The notes under the pieces are model-generated. The model did not search any database, was not told the DNA's origin, and saw only the letters and a program-made list of their open reading frames with translations. From assembly GCA_029250225.1 (NCBI GenBank), contig JAQWUY010000031.1:226948-290947 (forward strand): a stretch of 64,000 bases of DNA, given 5' to 3'. A program made the position numbers and the translations under genes. This stretch comes from Alphaproteobacteria bacterium. GTDB lineage: Bacteria > Pseudomonadota > Alphaproteobacteria > JAQWUY01. Below are positions 39,303 to 51,104 of the stretch, piece after piece. How positions within the stretch are numbered: the first letter of the stretch is position 1; every line of letters starts with the position of its first letter.

Positions 39303-40337
39303 TTAAAAATTATCTTCTATTTTTTTGGCTAATTCTTCTATGTTCTCAGGTGGGAAATCTTCAACTTGCATTCCTAAACCTAAGCCCATAGCTTGTAGAA
39401 CTTCTTTGATTTCATTCAATGATTTACGACCAAAGTTTGGTGTTCTCAATAAATGTAGTTCTGTCATTTTAACTAACTCACCAATATAAACTATATTTGT
39501 GTTTTTCAAGCAGTTAGCAGAACGAACTGACAATTCAAGCTCATCAACCTTGCGTAATAAATTACGATCAAATGGCAATTCTTCTTCTTTTTCTTCTTCT
39601 TGTGCGATAGCTGGATCTTCAAAATTAACAAAAGAATGGAATTGATCTTGCAATATTCTTGCCGCCAATGCGATTGAATCTTCCGGTGTAACAGAACCGT
39701 TAGTTTCAACATTTAATGTCAATTTATCATAATCAGTGTTTTCACCAACACGAGTATTGTCAATTTTGTATGAAACCTGACGAACAGGTGAAAAAATTGA
39801 ATCAACAGGTATTAAACCAATCGGTGCATCATAAGGACGATTATTACTTGCCGATACATAACCTTTACCAGAACCAACATAGAATTCAATTTCTAGTTTA
39901 GCACCTGAATCTAAGCTACATATTACTAAATCTGGGTTCATAATTTCAACGCCAGAAGGTATTGTAATATCCGATGCCTTAACAACACAAGGACCTGTTA
40001 TATTAAGATTCATTTTTTTGTCATTACCATCAATAGTGCGCAAAGCCAAAGCTTTAATATTTAAAACTATGTCTGTAACATCTTCTTTTACACCAGGTAT
40101 AGAAGAAAACTCATGTAATACACCATTAATTTTTATTGCTGTTACTGCTGAACCTTGTAAAGATGACATTAATACACGACGCAATGCGTTACCCAATGTC
40201 AAACCTAAACCTTTTTCCAAAGGTTCTGCAACTAATGTCGCTGAACGTTCTGGATTATCACCAGATGTCAACTTTAAATTTTCTGGCTTAATAAGTTTTT
40301 GCCAGTTATTTTGTACACTTGTATGAACTTCTTTCAT
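39303..40337 (-). CDS. rpoA: RNA polymerase alpha subunit
   Basis: [36 protein letters not shown]. Confidence 0.99.
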   Translation of the reverse strand: MKEVHTSVQNNWQKLIKPENLKLTSGDNPERSATLVAEPLEKGLGLTLGNALRRVLMSSLQGSAVTAIKINGVLHEFSSIPGVKEDVTDIVLNIKALALRTIDGNDKKMNLNITGPCVVKASDITIPSGVEIMNPDLVICSLDSGAKLEIEFYVGSGKGYVSASNNRPYDAPIGLIPVDSIFSPVRQVSYKIDNTRVGENTDYDKLTLNVETNGSVTPEDSIALAARILQDQFHSFVNFEDPAIAQEEEKEEELPFDRNLLRKVDELELSVRSANCLKNTNIVYIGELVKMTELHLLRTPNFGRKSLNEIKEVLQAMGLGLGMQVEDFPPENIEELAKKIEDNF

Positions 40338-40405
40338 AGTTAATGACCTTTCTCATTAAAGTATTAAAAAATAATTACCTTTTGTAAATTATTTAATATA
40401 CACAA

Positions 40406-40792
40406 TTACACACGACGACGCTTACGAGGGCGACAACCGTTATGTGGAATTGGCGTAACATCACGAATTATCGTAATATTTAAACCAATTGAATGTAAGG
40501 CACGCAATGCTGATTCACGACCAGAACCAGGCCCTTTTACATTTACCTCAAGAGTTTTTAAACCGTGCTCTTGTGCTTTGCGACCAGCATCTTCGGCTGC
40601 AATCTGTGCTGCATAAGGTGTAGATTTACGAGAACCTTTAAACCCTTGCATACCAGCAGAAGACCAAGATATAGCATTACCTTGAACATCTGTAATTGTA
40701 ATCATTGTATTATTAAATGTAGAATTAATGTGAGCGATACCAGAAGTAATATTCTTCTTATCACGACGTTTACGAATAGGTGCTTTTGCCAT
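40406..40792 (-). CDS. rpsK: 30S ribosomal protein S11
   Basis: [21 protein letters not shown]. Confidence 0.99.
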   Translation of the reverse strand: MAKAPIRKRRDKKNITSGIAHINSTFNNTMITITDVQGNAISWSSAGMQGFKGSRKSTPYAAQIAAEDAGRKAQEHGLKTLEVNVKGPGSGRESALRALHSIGLNITIIRDVTPIPHNGCRPRKRRRV

Positions 40793-40807
40793 AATTATTA
40801 TCCCTCT

Positions 40808-41176
40808 CTATTTTTTCTTGCCAGCGATTGCAACAGACTTACCTTTACGAGTGCGAGCATTCGTTTTAGTACGTTGTCCACGAACAGGTAATCTCTTACG
40901 GTGGCGTAAACCACGGTAGCAACCTAAATCTAATAATCTTTTAATATTTAATGATACTGTACGGCGAAGGTCACCTTCTACCGTGTAATCACTATCAATT
41001 AATGAACGAATTTTTGTCAATTGATCTTCAGTTAAATCTTTAACACGAACACTTTCATCTATACCTGCTTTTTTACAGATTTGTGATGCATGTGTGTGAC
41101 CAATTCCGAAAATGTAAGTAAGTGATATAACTACGCGCTTATCCGTAGGTATATTAACACCTGATATACGAGCCAT
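40808..41176 (-). CDS. rpsM: 30S ribosomal protein S13
   Basis: [26 protein letters not shown]; start set at 41176. Confidence 0.99.
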   Translation of the reverse strand: MARISGVNIPTDKRVVISLTYIFGIGHTHASQICKKAGIDESVRVKDLTEDQLTKIRSLIDSDYTVEGDLRRTVSLNIKRLLDLGCYRGLRHRKRLPVRGQRTKTNARTRKGKSVAIAGKKK

Positions 41177-41353
41177 TTTATTTCCTTTCAATTTTGCTAA
41201 ACAAGGGCCTACCCCTTATCTCAACGCATATGTATAACCAATCCATTCGGCATACATAACCACCTGACTCATTCAAATGGTCTGTAATCAATACAGCAAA
41301 CACCAAGTAGAGTCAAGAAAAAAACTAATTTTTAAGTAATTTAAAAAGATGAT

Positions 41354-41926
41354 TTAACCGATAACATCAGCTAATAAAGCAGAAACCACCTCTACGCGAG
41401 GCATACCATCGATTTTTTTCAGTAAACCTTTATCTCCATAATACTCTAATACAGGTTTTGTTTGTTCGTAATACACATCTAATCTTTTTCTTAAAGTATC
41501 AGGGGTATCATCAGAACGACGTTCATTATCAGGTGTCTCAGCAATTCGTTTTTCTACACGGGAAATTAATATTTCATCGTCGACTTGCAACTGTATAACA
41601 AAATCAAGCTTCTTACCCATTTTTTCTAGCATAGCATCAAGACCTTGACCCTGTGCCTTTGTACGGGGAAACCCATCAAATATTACACCGTTTTTACAAT
41701 CTGGTTGTTCCATACGGTCTTTTACAATACCTAATATAGTTTCATCATCTACCAAATCGCCATTCTTCATAATCTCAGAAGCTTTAATGCCTAATTCTGT
41801 ACCATCAGAAATCGCCTTACGAAGCATATCACCCGTTGATAATTGAACTAAATTATATTTTTCTACCAAAAACTTAGATTGTGTTCCTTTGCCTGCAGCT
41901 GGGGGACCAAATAAAATAACATTCAT
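41354..41926 (-). CDS. adk: Adenylate kinase (short LID form)
   Basis: GPPAAGKGTQ, STGDMLR, DGFPRT, RSDD. Confidence 0.97.
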   Translation of the reverse strand: MNVILFGPPAAGKGTQSKFLVEKYNLVQLSTGDMLRKAISDGTELGIKASEIMKNGDLVDDETILGIVKDRMEQPDCKNGVIFDGFPRTKAQGQGLDAMLEKMGKKLDFVIQLQVDDEILISRVEKRIAETPDNERRSDDTPDTLRKRLDVYYEQTKPVLEYYGDKGLLKKIDGMPRVEVVSALLADVIG

Positions 41927-41957
41927 AATAAATTCTCTTTCAAGGTTAGATAATAAA

Positions 41958-43277
41958 TTAGCGATTAAATCTTTTTTGTTTATTTTGCTTCTTATTCATT
42001 AAATTGGCATATTGTTTTGCATATGTATGACTTTGAATCTGTATCATTGTATCCATTGTAACAGTTACAACAATTAATAAACTAGTTCCACCAAAATAAA
42101 ATGGAACAGAATATTTTGAAACCAAGAATTCAGGCAATAAACAAACAAATAGTAAATAAGCAGAACCTATTACAGTTATGCGAGAAAGAACATATTCAAA
42201 ATATTCAGATGTCATAGCACCAGGACGATATCCAGGTACGATAGCTCCATTTTTTCTAAGGTTTTCAGATGTTTCTTTCGCATTAAATACAATAGTCGTA
42301 TAAAAGAAACAGAAAAATACTATTAATAAGCCGTATGCTACCATAAAACCAATTTGCCCGCGCCCTAATTGTGCCGACAATGCTTGTAACCATTCCGGAC
42401 TATCTTGACCAACAAAACCTGCAAATGTAAGCGGTAATAATAATAAAGAACTAGCAAATATTGGAGGTATTACTCCACTAGTATTAATTTTAATAGGCAT
42501 ATGACTAGTTTGTCCACCCATTACTTGCATACCAACTTGTCGTTTTGGATATTGAATTGTCATTCGACGGAATGACCTTTCCATAAATACTATGAAATAT
42601 ATAACCGCAATAGCCATAACAATAAGGAATATTATAAATGTTGTTGATAATGCACCTGTTCTTCCTAGTTCAAATAAAGAAGCCAGAGCAGAAGGCAGAT
42701 TTGCAACAATACCAGCATATATAATTAAGGATATACCGTTACCTATTCCCCTTTGTGTAATTTGTTCGCCCAACCACATAAGAAATAATGTACCACCCAA
42801 CAATGTTACAACTGTGCTCATACGGAACATCATACCCGGATCAATAACAGCTGATGCACCTGATGATGTTGTTAAACCTTCCAAACCAGCAGCCATACCG
42901 AAACCTTGCCCCATAGCCAATAATACAGTTAAATATCTTGTCCATTGGGTAATTTTTCTTTGTCCTGTTGCACCTTCTTTTTTCACTTCTTCCATATATG
43001 GGAATATAGCTGTTGATAATTGCATAATAATAGATGCCGAAATATAAGGCATAATGTTTAGTGCAAATACAGACATTCTAGATAAAGCACCACCAGAAAA
43101 CATATCAAACATACCCAATATACCACCGGATTGTTGTTTAAATATATCTTCTAATGCAACAGGGTCAATACCTGGTAATGGCACATATGTACCAATTCTA
43201 CAAACTATCAATGCCCCTAAAACAAAAAATATTCTTGATGATAACTCGGACTGTTGTTTTTGACCTGCTGTTGCCAT
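41958..43277 (-). CDS. secY: Preprotein translocase SecY
   Basis: IMPYISASII, WLGEQIT, GIGNGISL, GVIPPIFASS, GGTSLLI; start set at the ATG at 43277 after GGAG. Confidence 0.98.
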   Translation of the reverse strand: MATAGQKQQSELSSRIFFVLGALIVCRIGTYVPLPGIDPVALEDIFKQQSGGILGMFDMFSGGALSRMSVFALNIMPYISASIIMQLSTAIFPYMEEVKKEGATGQRKITQWTRYLTVLLAMGQGFGMAAGLEGLTTSSGASAVIDPGMMFRMSTVVTLLGGTLFLMWLGEQITQRGIGNGISLIIYAGIVANLPSALASLFELGRTGALSTTFIIFLIVMAIAVIYFIVFMERSFRRMTIQYPKRQVGMQVMGGQTSHMPIKINTSGVIPPIFASSLLLLPLTFAGFVGQDSPEWLQALSAQLGRGQIGFMVAYGLLIVFFCFFYTTIVFNAKETSENLRKNGAIVPGYRPGAMTSEYFEYVLSRITVIGSAYLLFVCLLPEFLVSKYSVPFYFGGTSLLIVVTVTMDTMIQIQSHTYAKQYANLMNKKQNKQKRFNR

Positions 43278-43328
43278 AATAAACTTCTCCATAAAAAAAT
43301 ATAATATCTCGACACCTTACAATAAAAT

Positions 43329-43360
43329 AAAAAAAAGGGCAATATAAATTGCCCCCTTTT
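43329..43360 (-). terminator. Intrinsic terminator between rplO and secY
   Basis: GGGCAAT/ATTGCCC stem followed by a U8 run on the minus strand. Confidence 0.75.
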
Positions 43361-43396
43361 TATTAAAATAACAAAATATTAATTAACTAACTGAGT

Positions 43397-43939
43397 TTAG
43401 AAACCAGCTTTTTTTCTATCTTGTTGTTTTTTCTCTTGTCTTTTAAGTCTGCCTTTTTTAACAGGCTTTTCAGATTTTGGTGTATCAAGGATTGTAATTT
43501 TACCACCCGCTTTTTCAACAGCACTAACAGCTGATGCAGATGCACCATTAACAGTAATGTTTACTTTTGCTTTTAATTCACCATTACCTAACAATCTTAC
43601 AGCCGTGTCAGAAGCACGAACTAAACCAGCAATAGCTAGTTCAACAATAGTAATGTCTTTGCTAGTATCGATTTTCTTTGCATCGATAGCAGACTGCAAG
43701 CGACCTAGGTTCACTTCAGCTCTTTCGATACGGAAAATGTTGTTAAATCCTCGCTTAGGTACGCGACGATAAAATGGCATTTGTCCGCCTTCAAATCCTT
43801 TGATAGCTACACCTGAACGAGATTTCTGACCTTTATGTCCACGACCAGCTGTTTTACCTTTACCAGAACCAATACCACGACCAACTCTGTTGCGTGATTT
43901 TTTCGAACCAGCATTATCAAATAAATCATTTAATTTCAT
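43397..43939 (-). CDS. rplO: 50S ribosomal protein L15
   Basis: [26 protein letters not shown]. Confidence 0.99.
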   Translation of the reverse strand: MKLNDLFDNAGSKKSRNRVGRGIGSGKGKTAGRGHKGQKSRSGVAIKGFEGGQMPFYRRVPKRGFNNIFRIERAEVNLGRLQSAIDAKKIDTSKDITIVELAIAGLVRASDTAVRLLGNGELKAKVNITVNGASASAVSAVEKAGGKITILDTPKSEKPVKKGRLKRQEKKQQDRKKAGF

Positions 43940-43980
43940 TTTTTTATCCTTTGTTATTGTTTGCCAAAGATTAAATAATA

Positions 43981-44157
43981 TTAACCTTCAACTCGCACTA
44001 AGTGCTTAACCTTTCTAATCATACCACGAACCGCCGGAGTATCTTCCAACTCAGAAGTTTTGTGCATTTTATTCAAGCCCAAACCAACCAAAGTTGCCTT
44101 TTGTGATGCTTCACGACGAATAGGGCTACCTGTTTGTGTAATTTTAATTTTTGCCAT
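43981..44157 (-). CDS. rpmD: 50S ribosomal protein L30
   Basis: Not in the ORF track (58 aa). Manual translation: [58 protein letters not shown]. Confidence 0.97.
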   Translation of the reverse strand: MAKIKITQTGSPIRREASQKATLVGLGLNKMHKTSELEDTPAVRGMIRKVKHLVRVEG

Positions 44158-44168
44158 AGTATCCCACC

Positions 44169-44741
44169 TTATTCGCTATCTTGTTGAGATGCTTGCTGTT
44201 TATTGTAATCACCATCACGATTAACAACAACATCAGAAACTTTTTTACCACGACGAGATGCAATAGAACGAGGTGATTCAGTTTTTTGCAAGCCATCAAT
44301 TGTCGCACGGATAATATTATATGGATTTGATGTACCAACAGATTTTGATACTACATCCTGAATACCCAATGCTTCCAATACAGCACGCATCGCACCACCA
44401 GCAATAATACCAGTACCAGCAGGAGCAGAACGCATCACAACACGACCAGCACCAAAGTGACCTTTAACATCGTGGTGTAGAGTGCGACCATCTCTCAATG
44501 GAACTCTTATCATATTTTTCTTAGCTGAATCAGTCGCTTTTTGAATTGCTTCCGGAACTTCTTTTGCTTTACCAGAACCAAAACCAACACGGCCTTTTTC
44601 ATCGCCCACTACTACTAATGCAGCAAAGCCAAAGCGACGACCACCTTTTACTACTTTTGCAACACGGTTTACTGCAACTAATTTTTCTATTAATTCAGAT
44701 TCATTAGTTTCAGATTTTTTATTGTTCCCACGAATAGACAT
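44169..44741 (-). CDS. rpsE: 30S ribosomal protein S5
   Basis: [31 protein letters not shown]. Confidence 0.99.
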   Translation of the reverse strand: MSIRGNNKKSETNESELIEKLVAVNRVAKVVKGGRRFGFAALVVVGDEKGRVGFGSGKAKEVPEAIQKATDSAKKNMIRVPLRDGRTLHHDVKGHFGAGRVVMRSAPAGTGIIAGGAMRAVLEALGIQDVVSKSVGTSNPYNIIRATIDGLQKTESPRSIASRRGKKVSDVVVNRDGDYNKQQASQQDSE

Positions 44742-44754
44742 ATCTTTTCCCTTC

Positions 44755-45117
44755 CTAGAACTTCAATCCGCCAGCACGAGCAGCATCTGCTAATGCCTTA
44801 ACACGGCCGTGATATTTATATGAACCGCGATCAAAAACAACTGTATCAACACCTGCTTCTTTCGCACGGACAGCTAACTCTTCTCCAACTTTCGTAGCAG
44901 CAGATACATTTGCACCGTTTTTTTGATCCTTAAGCACATTTTTATCAACTGTTGAAGCTGAAACTAATGTATGACCTTTTAAATCATCTATAATCTGTGC
45001 ATAAATGTGTTTGCCTGAACGGAAAACTGAAAGACGCAACTTATCACCAGATTTTTTACTAATCTGGAAACGAGTACGGCTTTTACGACGATTTTGTAAT
45101 TGTCTTGTAGATAACAT
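44755..45117 (-). CDS. rplR: 50S ribosomal protein L18
   Basis: [30 protein letters not shown]. Confidence 0.99.
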   Translation of the reverse strand: MLSTRQLQNRRKSRTRFQISKKSGDKLRLSVFRSGKHIYAQIIDDLKGHTLVSASTVDKNVLKDQKNGANVSAATKVGEELAVRAKEAGVDTVVFDRGSYKYHGRVKALADAARAGGLKF

Positions 45118-45130
45118 TTTTCCTTACCCC

Positions 45131-45661
45131 TTACTTTTTCTTGCCTTCTTTACGCAAGATTTCTTCGCCAACATAACGAACACCTTTACCTTTGTAAGGC
45201 TCTGGTGGACGATATCCACGAATTTCACTTGCAACTTGTCCAACGCGTTGAGAATTAATTCCTTCTATCGTGATAATATTTTTAGCAACAGAAATCTTTA
45301 AATCAGAAGGTATAGGATAATTCACATCGTGTGAAAAACCTAATTGTAGACTTAAAGCGTTACCAGAAACAGATGCACGATAACCAACACCTTTCATCTC
45401 AAGCTTTTTACTGAAGCCTTCTGTCACACCAACTATTGCTTGTGCTAGTAATGCGCGAACAGTTCCCCAAGCTTGACGAGTTGTCTTAGTTTTGTTAGCA
45501 GGACTAACAACAGCTTGGCCATCAGCGATATCAACAGAAATGTTATTTAAAACAGAAACAGTTAACTCACCAAGTTTTCCCTTTACAGTCATTACATTAC
45601 CAGATTTGTTTACTTCAACACCTTCTGGAATTATAACAGGGTTTAATCCGACTCTTGACAT
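45131..45661 (-). CDS. rplF: 50S ribosomal protein L6
   Basis: MSRVG, LGFSH, RPPEPYKGKG. Confidence 0.99.
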   Translation of the reverse strand: MSRVGLNPVIIPEGVEVNKSGNVMTVKGKLGELTVSVLNNISVDIADGQAVVSPANKTKTTRQAWGTVRALLAQAIVGVTEGFSKKLEMKGVGYRASVSGNALSLQLGFSHDVNYPIPSDLKISVAKNIITIEGINSQRVGQVASEIRGYRPPEPYKGKGVRYVGEEILRKEGKKK

Positions 45662-45673
45662 CTTATTTCCCCT

Positions 45674-46072
45674 CTAGAATACTTGGCATAGTACTTCGCC
45701 ACCAACATTTTCGTTGCGAGCTTGTACATCGCTCATTACACCGCGAGGCGTAGTTAGAATTGACATACCTAAACCGTTATAAACACGATTCAGAGACTTG
45801 ATTTTAGAATAAACACGACGACCAGGTTTTGATACTCGTTTTATTTCACGAATAGCACCTTTACCTTCATGGTATTTAAGTTCAATAGAAATTTCAGAGA
45901 TACCCTTACGAATTTCTTTTACTTCGAAACCACGAATAAAGCCTTCATTTTTTAATACTTCTAATACACTTGTGCGCAAATGTGACGCAGGACAACTAAC
46001 CAACGCTAAATTAGCATTTTGGCCGTTACGAATACGGGTAAGCATATCACCCAATGGATCTGACATTGACAT
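45674..46072 (-). CDS. rpsH: 30S ribosomal protein S8
   Basis: DPLGDMLTRIRN, SKPGRRVY, GGEVL. Confidence 0.99.
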   Translation of the reverse strand: MSMSDPLGDMLTRIRNGQNANLALVSCPASHLRTSVLEVLKNEGFIRGFEVKEIRKGISEISIELKYHEGKGAIREIKRVSKPGRRVYSKIKSLNRVYNGLGMSILTTPRGVMSDVQARNENVGGEVLCQVF

Positions 46073-46087
46073 TGATGTATTCCTTTC

Positions 46088-46393
46088 TTACCAGCTTGAC
46101 TTAACTACACCAGGGATTTTACCTTGGTTAGCAAGTTCGCGTAATTTAATACGCGACATTTCAAATTTACGGTAATAACCGTGCGGACGACCTGTTATAC
46201 CGCAACGATTACGAATACGGTTAGGGTTTGAGTTTCTAGGAACTTGCTGTAATTGCAACTGAACTTTAAAACGCTCTTCCAAAGGAAGTTCTTTATTCAT
46301 AACAATAGCCTTTAATCTTGCACGACGATTCTCGTACTTAGAAGCTAGACGAACTCTTTTTTGATTTCTTTCTTTAGCTGATACTTTTGCCAT
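46088..46393 (-). CDS. rpsN: 30S ribosomal protein S14 (zinc-independent form)
   Basis: 101 aa, [19 protein letters not shown]. Confidence 0.98.
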   Translation of the reverse strand: MAKVSAKERNQKRVRLASKYENRRARLKAIVMNKELPLEERFKVQLQLQQVPRNSNPNRIRNRCGITGRPHGYYRKFEMSRIKLRELANQGKIPGVVKSSW

Positions 46394-46398
46394 TATTA

Positions 46399-46962
46399 TT
46401 AACCTTTCTTTCTAAAAGGCATAGACATTTCAGCAAGTAAAGCTCTTGCTTCTTCATCAGTGCCAGCAGTTGTACATACAACAACATTCATACCACGAGT
46501 GGTATTAACATCATCATAGTTAATCTCAGGAAATACAATTTGCTCAGTAATACCAAGTGAATAGTTTCCGCGACCATCAAAAGATTTGTCGCTTACACCG
46601 CGAAAGTCTCTTACACGAGGCAATGCAATGTTTACTAAACGGTCCAAGAATTCCCACATTCTATCTTTTCGTAGAGTAACTTTACACCCAATAGGCATAC
46701 CCTCGCGTAATTTAAATGTAGCAATAGATTTCTTCGCAGTCGTAACAACTACTTTTTGACCTGCTATTTTTTCCAATTCCTCTACTGCAGAGGCAATATG
46801 TTTTTTGTCCGCAACGGCAGCACCAACACCCATGTTGATAACTATTTTGTCAAGACGAGGAACTTCCATGATATTTTTATAACCAAATTGTTCCTGCATC
46901 TTTTTAATCACTACCGACTGGTAATGATCTTTCAGCCGTGGGACGTACTGTTCTTTAGACAT
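46399..46962 (-). CDS. rplE: 50S ribosomal protein L5
   Basis: [24 protein letters not shown]; start set at the ATG at 46962. Confidence 0.98.
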   Translation of the reverse strand: MSKEQYVPRLKDHYQSVVIKKMQEQFGYKNIMEVPRLDKIVINMGVGAAVADKKHIASAVEELEKIAGQKVVVTTAKKSIATFKLREGMPIGCKVTLRKDRMWEFLDRLVNIALPRVRDFRGVSDKSFDGRGNYSLGITEQIVFPEINYDDVNTTRGMNVVVCTTAGTDEEARALLAEMSMPFRKKG

Positions 46963-46990
46963 CAGCCGTATCCCTTTCTTTTTTAACAGT

Positions 46991-47308
46991 TTACTTATCG
47001 ATAGCAGTTCCAGAACGCTTTGCAATGCGTACTTTCGTGCCATCTTTCTCAATTTTCACGCTTGTGCGTGTAGCTTTGCCATCTTTCGGATCGATGTGTG
47101 CAACATTACTTGCATCAATAGATAATTCCTTAGGAATTATCCCACCTTCCGAGTTCTGTGATGGTTTCGTGTGCCTTTTTACCACATTTACCCCACCAAT
47201 GACAACCCTATTTTTTTCGGTAATGACATTTAGCACTTCACCTTGCTTACCTTTGTCTTTACCTGCAATAACTATTACCTTATCGCCTTTTCTAATTTTT
47301 GCAACCAT
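46991..47308 (-). CDS. rplX: 50S ribosomal protein L24
   Basis: [20 protein letters not shown] motif. Confidence 0.99.
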   Translation of the reverse strand: MVAKIRKGDKVIVIAGKDKGKQGEVLNVITEKNRVVIGGVNVVKRHTKPSQNSEGGIIPKELSIDASNVAHIDPKDGKATRTSVKIEKDGTKVRIAKRSGTAIDK

Positions 47309-47309
47309 T

Positions 47310-47678
47310 TTACAATACCTCCGGTGCTAACGAAATAATTTTCATATAGCCTTTTGCTCGCAATTCACGAACAACTGGGCCAAAGATTCGTGTTCCAATT
47401 GGTTCACCATTCTTGTTAATTAAAACTGCAGCATTATTATCAAAACGAATAACTGAACCATCTTTACGACGAACATCTTTCGCTGTGCGAACAATTACTG
47501 CACGATGAACTGTACCTTTTTTCACACGGCCACGAGGGATTGCATCTTTAACACTTACCACGATTATGTCACCAACCGAAGCTGTACGACGATGTGAACC
47601 ACCTAGCACCTTAATACACATTACTGAACGAGCACCAGAATTGTCAGCTACATCTAATTTACTTTGCATTTGTATCAT
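47310..47678 (-). CDS. rplN: 50S ribosomal protein L14
   Basis: [22 protein letters not shown]. Confidence 0.99.
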   Translation of the reverse strand: MIQMQSKLDVADNSGARSVMCIKVLGGSHRRTASVGDIIVVSVKDAIPRGRVKKGTVHRAVIVRTAKDVRRKDGSVIRFDNNAAVLINKNGEPIGTRIFGPVVRELRAKGYMKIISLAPEVL

Positions 47679-47696
47679 AACTTAAATTCCTCTACT

Positions 47697-47933
47697 TTAT
47701 GCTTCGTCCAAAATTACTTCCCAAGTTTTAGTCTTGGAAATAGGACGACATTCTTGAATTCTTACTGTGTCACCCTTTTGAAACTTATTAGCTTCATCGT
47801 GTGCAGTAAACTTTTTAGATTTTCTTACAATTTTGCCCAATATCGGGTGTTTTTCACGGCGTTCAACCAATACTGTGATAGTTTTATCAGCAGAAGAAGA
47901 GGTAACTGTACCTTGTAAAATTCTTTTTGGCAT
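47697..47933 (-). CDS. rpsQ: 30S ribosomal protein S17
   Basis: [21 protein letters not shown]; start set at 47933. Confidence 0.98.
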   Translation of the reverse strand: MPKRILQGTVTSSSADKTITVLVERREKHPILGKIVRKSKKFTAHDEANKFQKGDTVRIQECRPISKTKTWEVILDEA

Positions 47934-47946
47934 ATCTTTTCCTTTC

Positions 47947-48141
47947 TTACCCGTTGGCTTTTGTTTCATTAACTAGGGTTTTAATTTTTGCAATATCACG
48001 GCGCACTTCTTTTATTCGCGCAGTAGATTGCAATTGACCACCAGCTAATTGGAAACGCAAGTTAAATTGTTCCTTACGAAGCTCTAACAATTGTTGTTTC
48101 AATTGCTTTTCATTTTTTTTACGAAGTTCAACTGTTTTCAT
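47947..48141 (-). CDS. rpmC: 50S ribosomal protein L29
   Basis: [18 protein letters not shown]. Confidence 0.98.
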   Translation of the reverse strand: MKTVELRKKNEKQLKQQLLELRKEQFNLRFQLAGGQLQSTARIKEVRRDIAKIKTLVNETKANG

Positions 48142-48156
48142 ATGTTCTAGCTCCTC

Positions 48157-48570
48157 TTATAAACCAATTCGTTTAACTATTTTACATTTTATAGGCAACT
48201 TAGCAGCAGCTAATTCAAAAGCTTCTCGTACCTTATCTTCTTCAACACCAAGTACTTCAAACATAATGCGACCAGGTTTGATACGACAAGCCCAATAATC
48301 AGGCGAACCTTTACCTTTACCCATACGAACCTCTGCTGGTTTACTTGTTACTGGCAAGTCAGGGAATATACGAATCCATACCTTACCTTGTCTTTTAATG
48401 TGACGAACCATTGCACGACGTGCTGCTTCGATTTGACGAGCTGTTACGCGTTCTGGTTCAAGTGCCTTTAGACCAAAGTCGCCAAAGGCAAGTTCAGAAC
48501 CACCCTTAGCATTGCCGTGTATACGACCTTTATGCTGTTTGCGGTGTTTTACTCTTTTTGGACTTAACAT
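48157..48570 (-). CDS. rplP: 50S ribosomal protein L16
   Basis: QIEAAR, WIRIFPD, RMGKGKG. Confidence 0.99.
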   Translation of the reverse strand: MLSPKRVKHRKQHKGRIHGNAKGGSELAFGDFGLKALEPERVTARQIEAARRAMVRHIKRQGKVWIRIFPDLPVTSKPAEVRMGKGKGSPDYWACRIKPGRIMFEVLGVEEDKVREAFELAAAKLPIKCKIVKRIGL

Positions 48571-48593
48571 TTTTTATTTTCCTTACCTTTAAA

Positions 48594-49262
48594 TTAACGA
48601 CTTTCATTCAAGTGCTTATCCATTGCACTTGGATCGTGAGCCATAATTTCACCTTTGAAAATCCATACTTTAATACCGATTATACCATATGTTGTATGAC
48701 CTTCGGCAGTACCATAATCCACATTAGCTCTTAATGTGTGTAATGGAACACGACCTTCTCGGTACCATTCTGTTCTTGCAATCTCAGCTCCGCCAAGACG
48801 ACCTGAACAATTAATACGAATACCTTTTGCACCAGCACGCAATGCATTTTGCACTGCACGCTTCATCGCACGACGGAATGTAACTCGGCGTTCTAATTGC
48901 TGTGCTACACCTTCGGCAACAAATTTTGCATCAATATCTGGTTTACGAATTTCAACAATATTTAATGCTACTTCTGATTTTGAAATTCCTTGTAACTTTT
49001 TACGTAAAGTTTCAATATCAGCACCTTTCTTACCAATGATAAGACCTGGGCGAGCAGCATATATAGTAACTCTTGCTTTACCTGCAGGGCGTTCAACTAT
49101 TACTCTTGAAATACCAGCTTGTTTTAAATTCTTCTCAATATAAGAACGAATTTTAAAATCTTCGTGTAAATTCTTAGCGTATGATTTATCAGCATACCAA
49201 CGAGAATCCCAAGTACGGTTAATTCCTAAACGCAGACCAATTGGATTTACTTTTTGACCCAT
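48594..49262 (-). CDS. rpsC: 30S ribosomal protein S3
   Basis: [24 protein letters not shown]; start set at 49262. Confidence 0.99.
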   Translation of the reverse strand: MGQKVNPIGLRLGINRTWDSRWYADKSYAKNLHEDFKIRSYIEKNLKQAGISRVIVERPAGKARVTIYAARPGLIIGKKGADIETLRKKLQGISKSEVALNIVEIRKPDIDAKFVAEGVAQQLERRVTFRRAMKRAVQNALRAGAKGIRINCSGRLGGAEIARTEWYREGRVPLHTLRANVDYGTAEGHTTYGIIGIKVWIFKGEIMAHDPSAMDKHLNESR

Positions 49263-49263
49263 T

Positions 49264-49641
49264 TTAAGACTCCTTCTTTTCACTAACAATTACAGTTAAA
49301 TTTGCAAACGGCTTTAAGATTTTACCTACACGCCCTCTTGCTCTTGGACGGAATCTTTTCATAACAAAAGATTTACCGACAAATGCTTCTTTCACAACAA
49401 GGCTATCGATGTCTAAATTGTGGTTGTTTTCTGCATTAGCAATAGCTGATTCTAATGCTTTTTTCACATCCACAGCTATGCGACGCTTTGAAAACGTTAA
49501 ATCAGAAAGCGCTTTACTTGCATCTTTACCACGAATTAGTCCGGCAACAAGGTTTAGTTTCTGAGGACTAGTACGAAGATTACGAGTAACCGCTTTTGCC
49601 TCCGTATCAGCCAATTGTCTTACTAAAGATTTTTTACTCAT
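49264..49641 (-). CDS. rplV: 50S ribosomal protein L22
   Basis: [25 protein letters not shown]. Confidence 0.99.
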   Translation of the reverse strand: MSKKSLVRQLADTEAKAVTRNLRTSPQKLNLVAGLIRGKDASKALSDLTFSKRRIAVDVKKALESAIANAENNHNLDIDSLVVKEAFVGKSFVMKRFRPRARGRVGKILKPFANLTVIVSEKKES

Positions 49642-49652
49642 TATTTTACCTC

Positions 49653-49928
49653 TTACCTTTTAGACTTCTTATCCGCTGTGTGTCCCCAATAAGTTCGGGT
49701 TGGAGCGAATTCACCAAATTTGTGACCAATCATTTCTTCCGTTACAAGAACAGGAACAAACTTACGGCCATTATGAATACCAAAAGTTAAACCTACAAAT
49801 TGTGGTAAAACTGTTGATCTTCTTGACCAAGTCTTAATAACATCTTTACGACCACTTTCACGAACAGTTTCAGCTTTCTTTAACAGATAGCCATCAACAA
49901 AAGGACCTTTCCATACAGATCTTGACAT
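49653..49928 (-). CDS. rpsS: 30S ribosomal protein S19
   Basis: [29 protein letters not shown]; start set at 49928. Confidence 0.99.
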   Translation of the reverse strand: MSRSVWKGPFVDGYLLKKAETVRESGRKDVIKTWSRRSTVLPQFVGLTFGIHNGRKFVPVLVTEEMIGHKFGEFAPTRTYWGHTADKKSKR

Positions 49929-49938
49929 ATTTAACTCC

Positions 49939-50769
49939 TTACTTCTTAGCGCCACGACGACGAATAATAAATTTATCAGTCGCTTTATTTGAACGCGTCT
50001 TTTTACCTTTAGTCGGAACACCCCAAGGCGTAACAGGATTACGACCACCTGATGTACGACCTTCACCACCACCGTGTGGGTGGTCAACTGGGTTCATGGC
50101 TACACCACGAACTTTTGGACGATTACCTAACCAACGAGAACGACCCGCTTTACCAATTTTAATATTCTTTTGATCCGGATTTGAAACCGCACCAATAGTT
50201 GCCATACACTCAGAACGAACTACTCTAAGCTCACCAGACATCAATTTTAATTGAGCATATCCATCACCACGACCAACAAGCTGTGCATAACAACCTGCTG
50301 AACGAGCTAATTGTCCACCTTTACCTTGCTTCAATTCAACATTGTGAATTATTGTACCGATAGGCATATTAGCAAGAGCCATAGAGTTACCAGGTTTAAT
50401 ATCAGCATCTTTCGAAGAAATTACTTTATCACCAACTGATAATCTTTGAGGCGCTAGAATATAAGACAATTCACCGTCTTCGTATTTAATTAATGCAATA
50501 AACGCACTACGATTAGGATCATATTCAATTCTTTCAACTGTTGCTGAAATATCAAATTTATTTCTCTTAAAATCTATAATACGATATTTTCTTTTGTGAC
50601 CACCACCTTTACGACGCATCGTGATTGAGCCCGTATTGTTGCGACCACCTGATTTAGTCAAACCTTCTGTTAAAGATTTAACTGGTCCACCTTTATACAA
50701 TTCACTACGGTCAATTAATACTAATGCGCGTTGTGAAGGTGTGGTTGGTTTATAGTGTTTTAATCCCAT
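49939..50769 (-). CDS. rplB: 50S ribosomal protein L2
   Basis: [26 protein letters not shown]. Confidence 0.99.
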   Translation of the reverse strand: MGLKHYKPTTPSQRALVLIDRSELYKGGPVKSLTEGLTKSGGRNNTGSITMRRKGGGHKRKYRIIDFKRNKFDISATVERIEYDPNRSAFIALIKYEDGELSYILAPQRLSVGDKVISSKDADIKPGNSMALANMPIGTIIHNVELKQGKGGQLARSAGCYAQLVGRGDGYAQLKLMSGELRVVRSECMATIGAVSNPDQKNIKIGKAGRSRWLGNRPKVRGVAMNPVDHPHGGGEGRTSGGRNPVTPWGVPTKGKKTRSNKATDKFIIRRRGAKK

Positions 50770-50780
50770 GATAATTCCCC

Positions 50781-51104
50781 TTATACACCTGTGCCAACAT
50801 CAATTGATTGACCTTGAGCCAATGATACAACTGCTTTTTTCCAATCATTTCGCTTACCTGCGAAACCACGGAATCTTTTAGTTTTACCTTTTGATACTAG
50901 CGTATTTACTTTTTCAACTTTTACATCAAACATCTTTTCGACAGCGACTTTAATTTCAAGCTTATTAGCATCCATAGCCACACGGAAAGTGTATTGATTA
51001 TTTTGTGCACCTAATGTTGATTTTTCTGTGATAACAGGTTTATCAATTACACAAAGAATTCTTTCCTCAGAAAATGTTTTCTTATTTAAAAATTTCCAGC
51101 TCAT
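50781..51104 (-). CDS. rplW: 50S ribosomal protein L23
   Basis: PVITEKS, GKTKRF, KKAVV. Confidence 0.98.
   Translation of the reverse strand: MSWKFLNKKTFSEERILCVIDKPVITEKSTLGAQNNQYTFRVAMDANKLEIKVAVEKMFDVKVEKVNTLVSKGKTKRFRGFAGKRNDWKKAVVSLAQGQSIDVGTGV

Noticed and set aside
40338-41957. Absence of rpsD, rpmJ and infA from the alpha/spc region, and of mlaD next to mlaEF
   Set aside because: This is normal for Alphaproteobacteria, where these genes are encoded elsewhere.
44144-44338. 64-aa minus-strand ORF overlapping rpsE
   Set aside because: Alternate-frame artefact; the real downstream gene is rpmD at 43981-44157.
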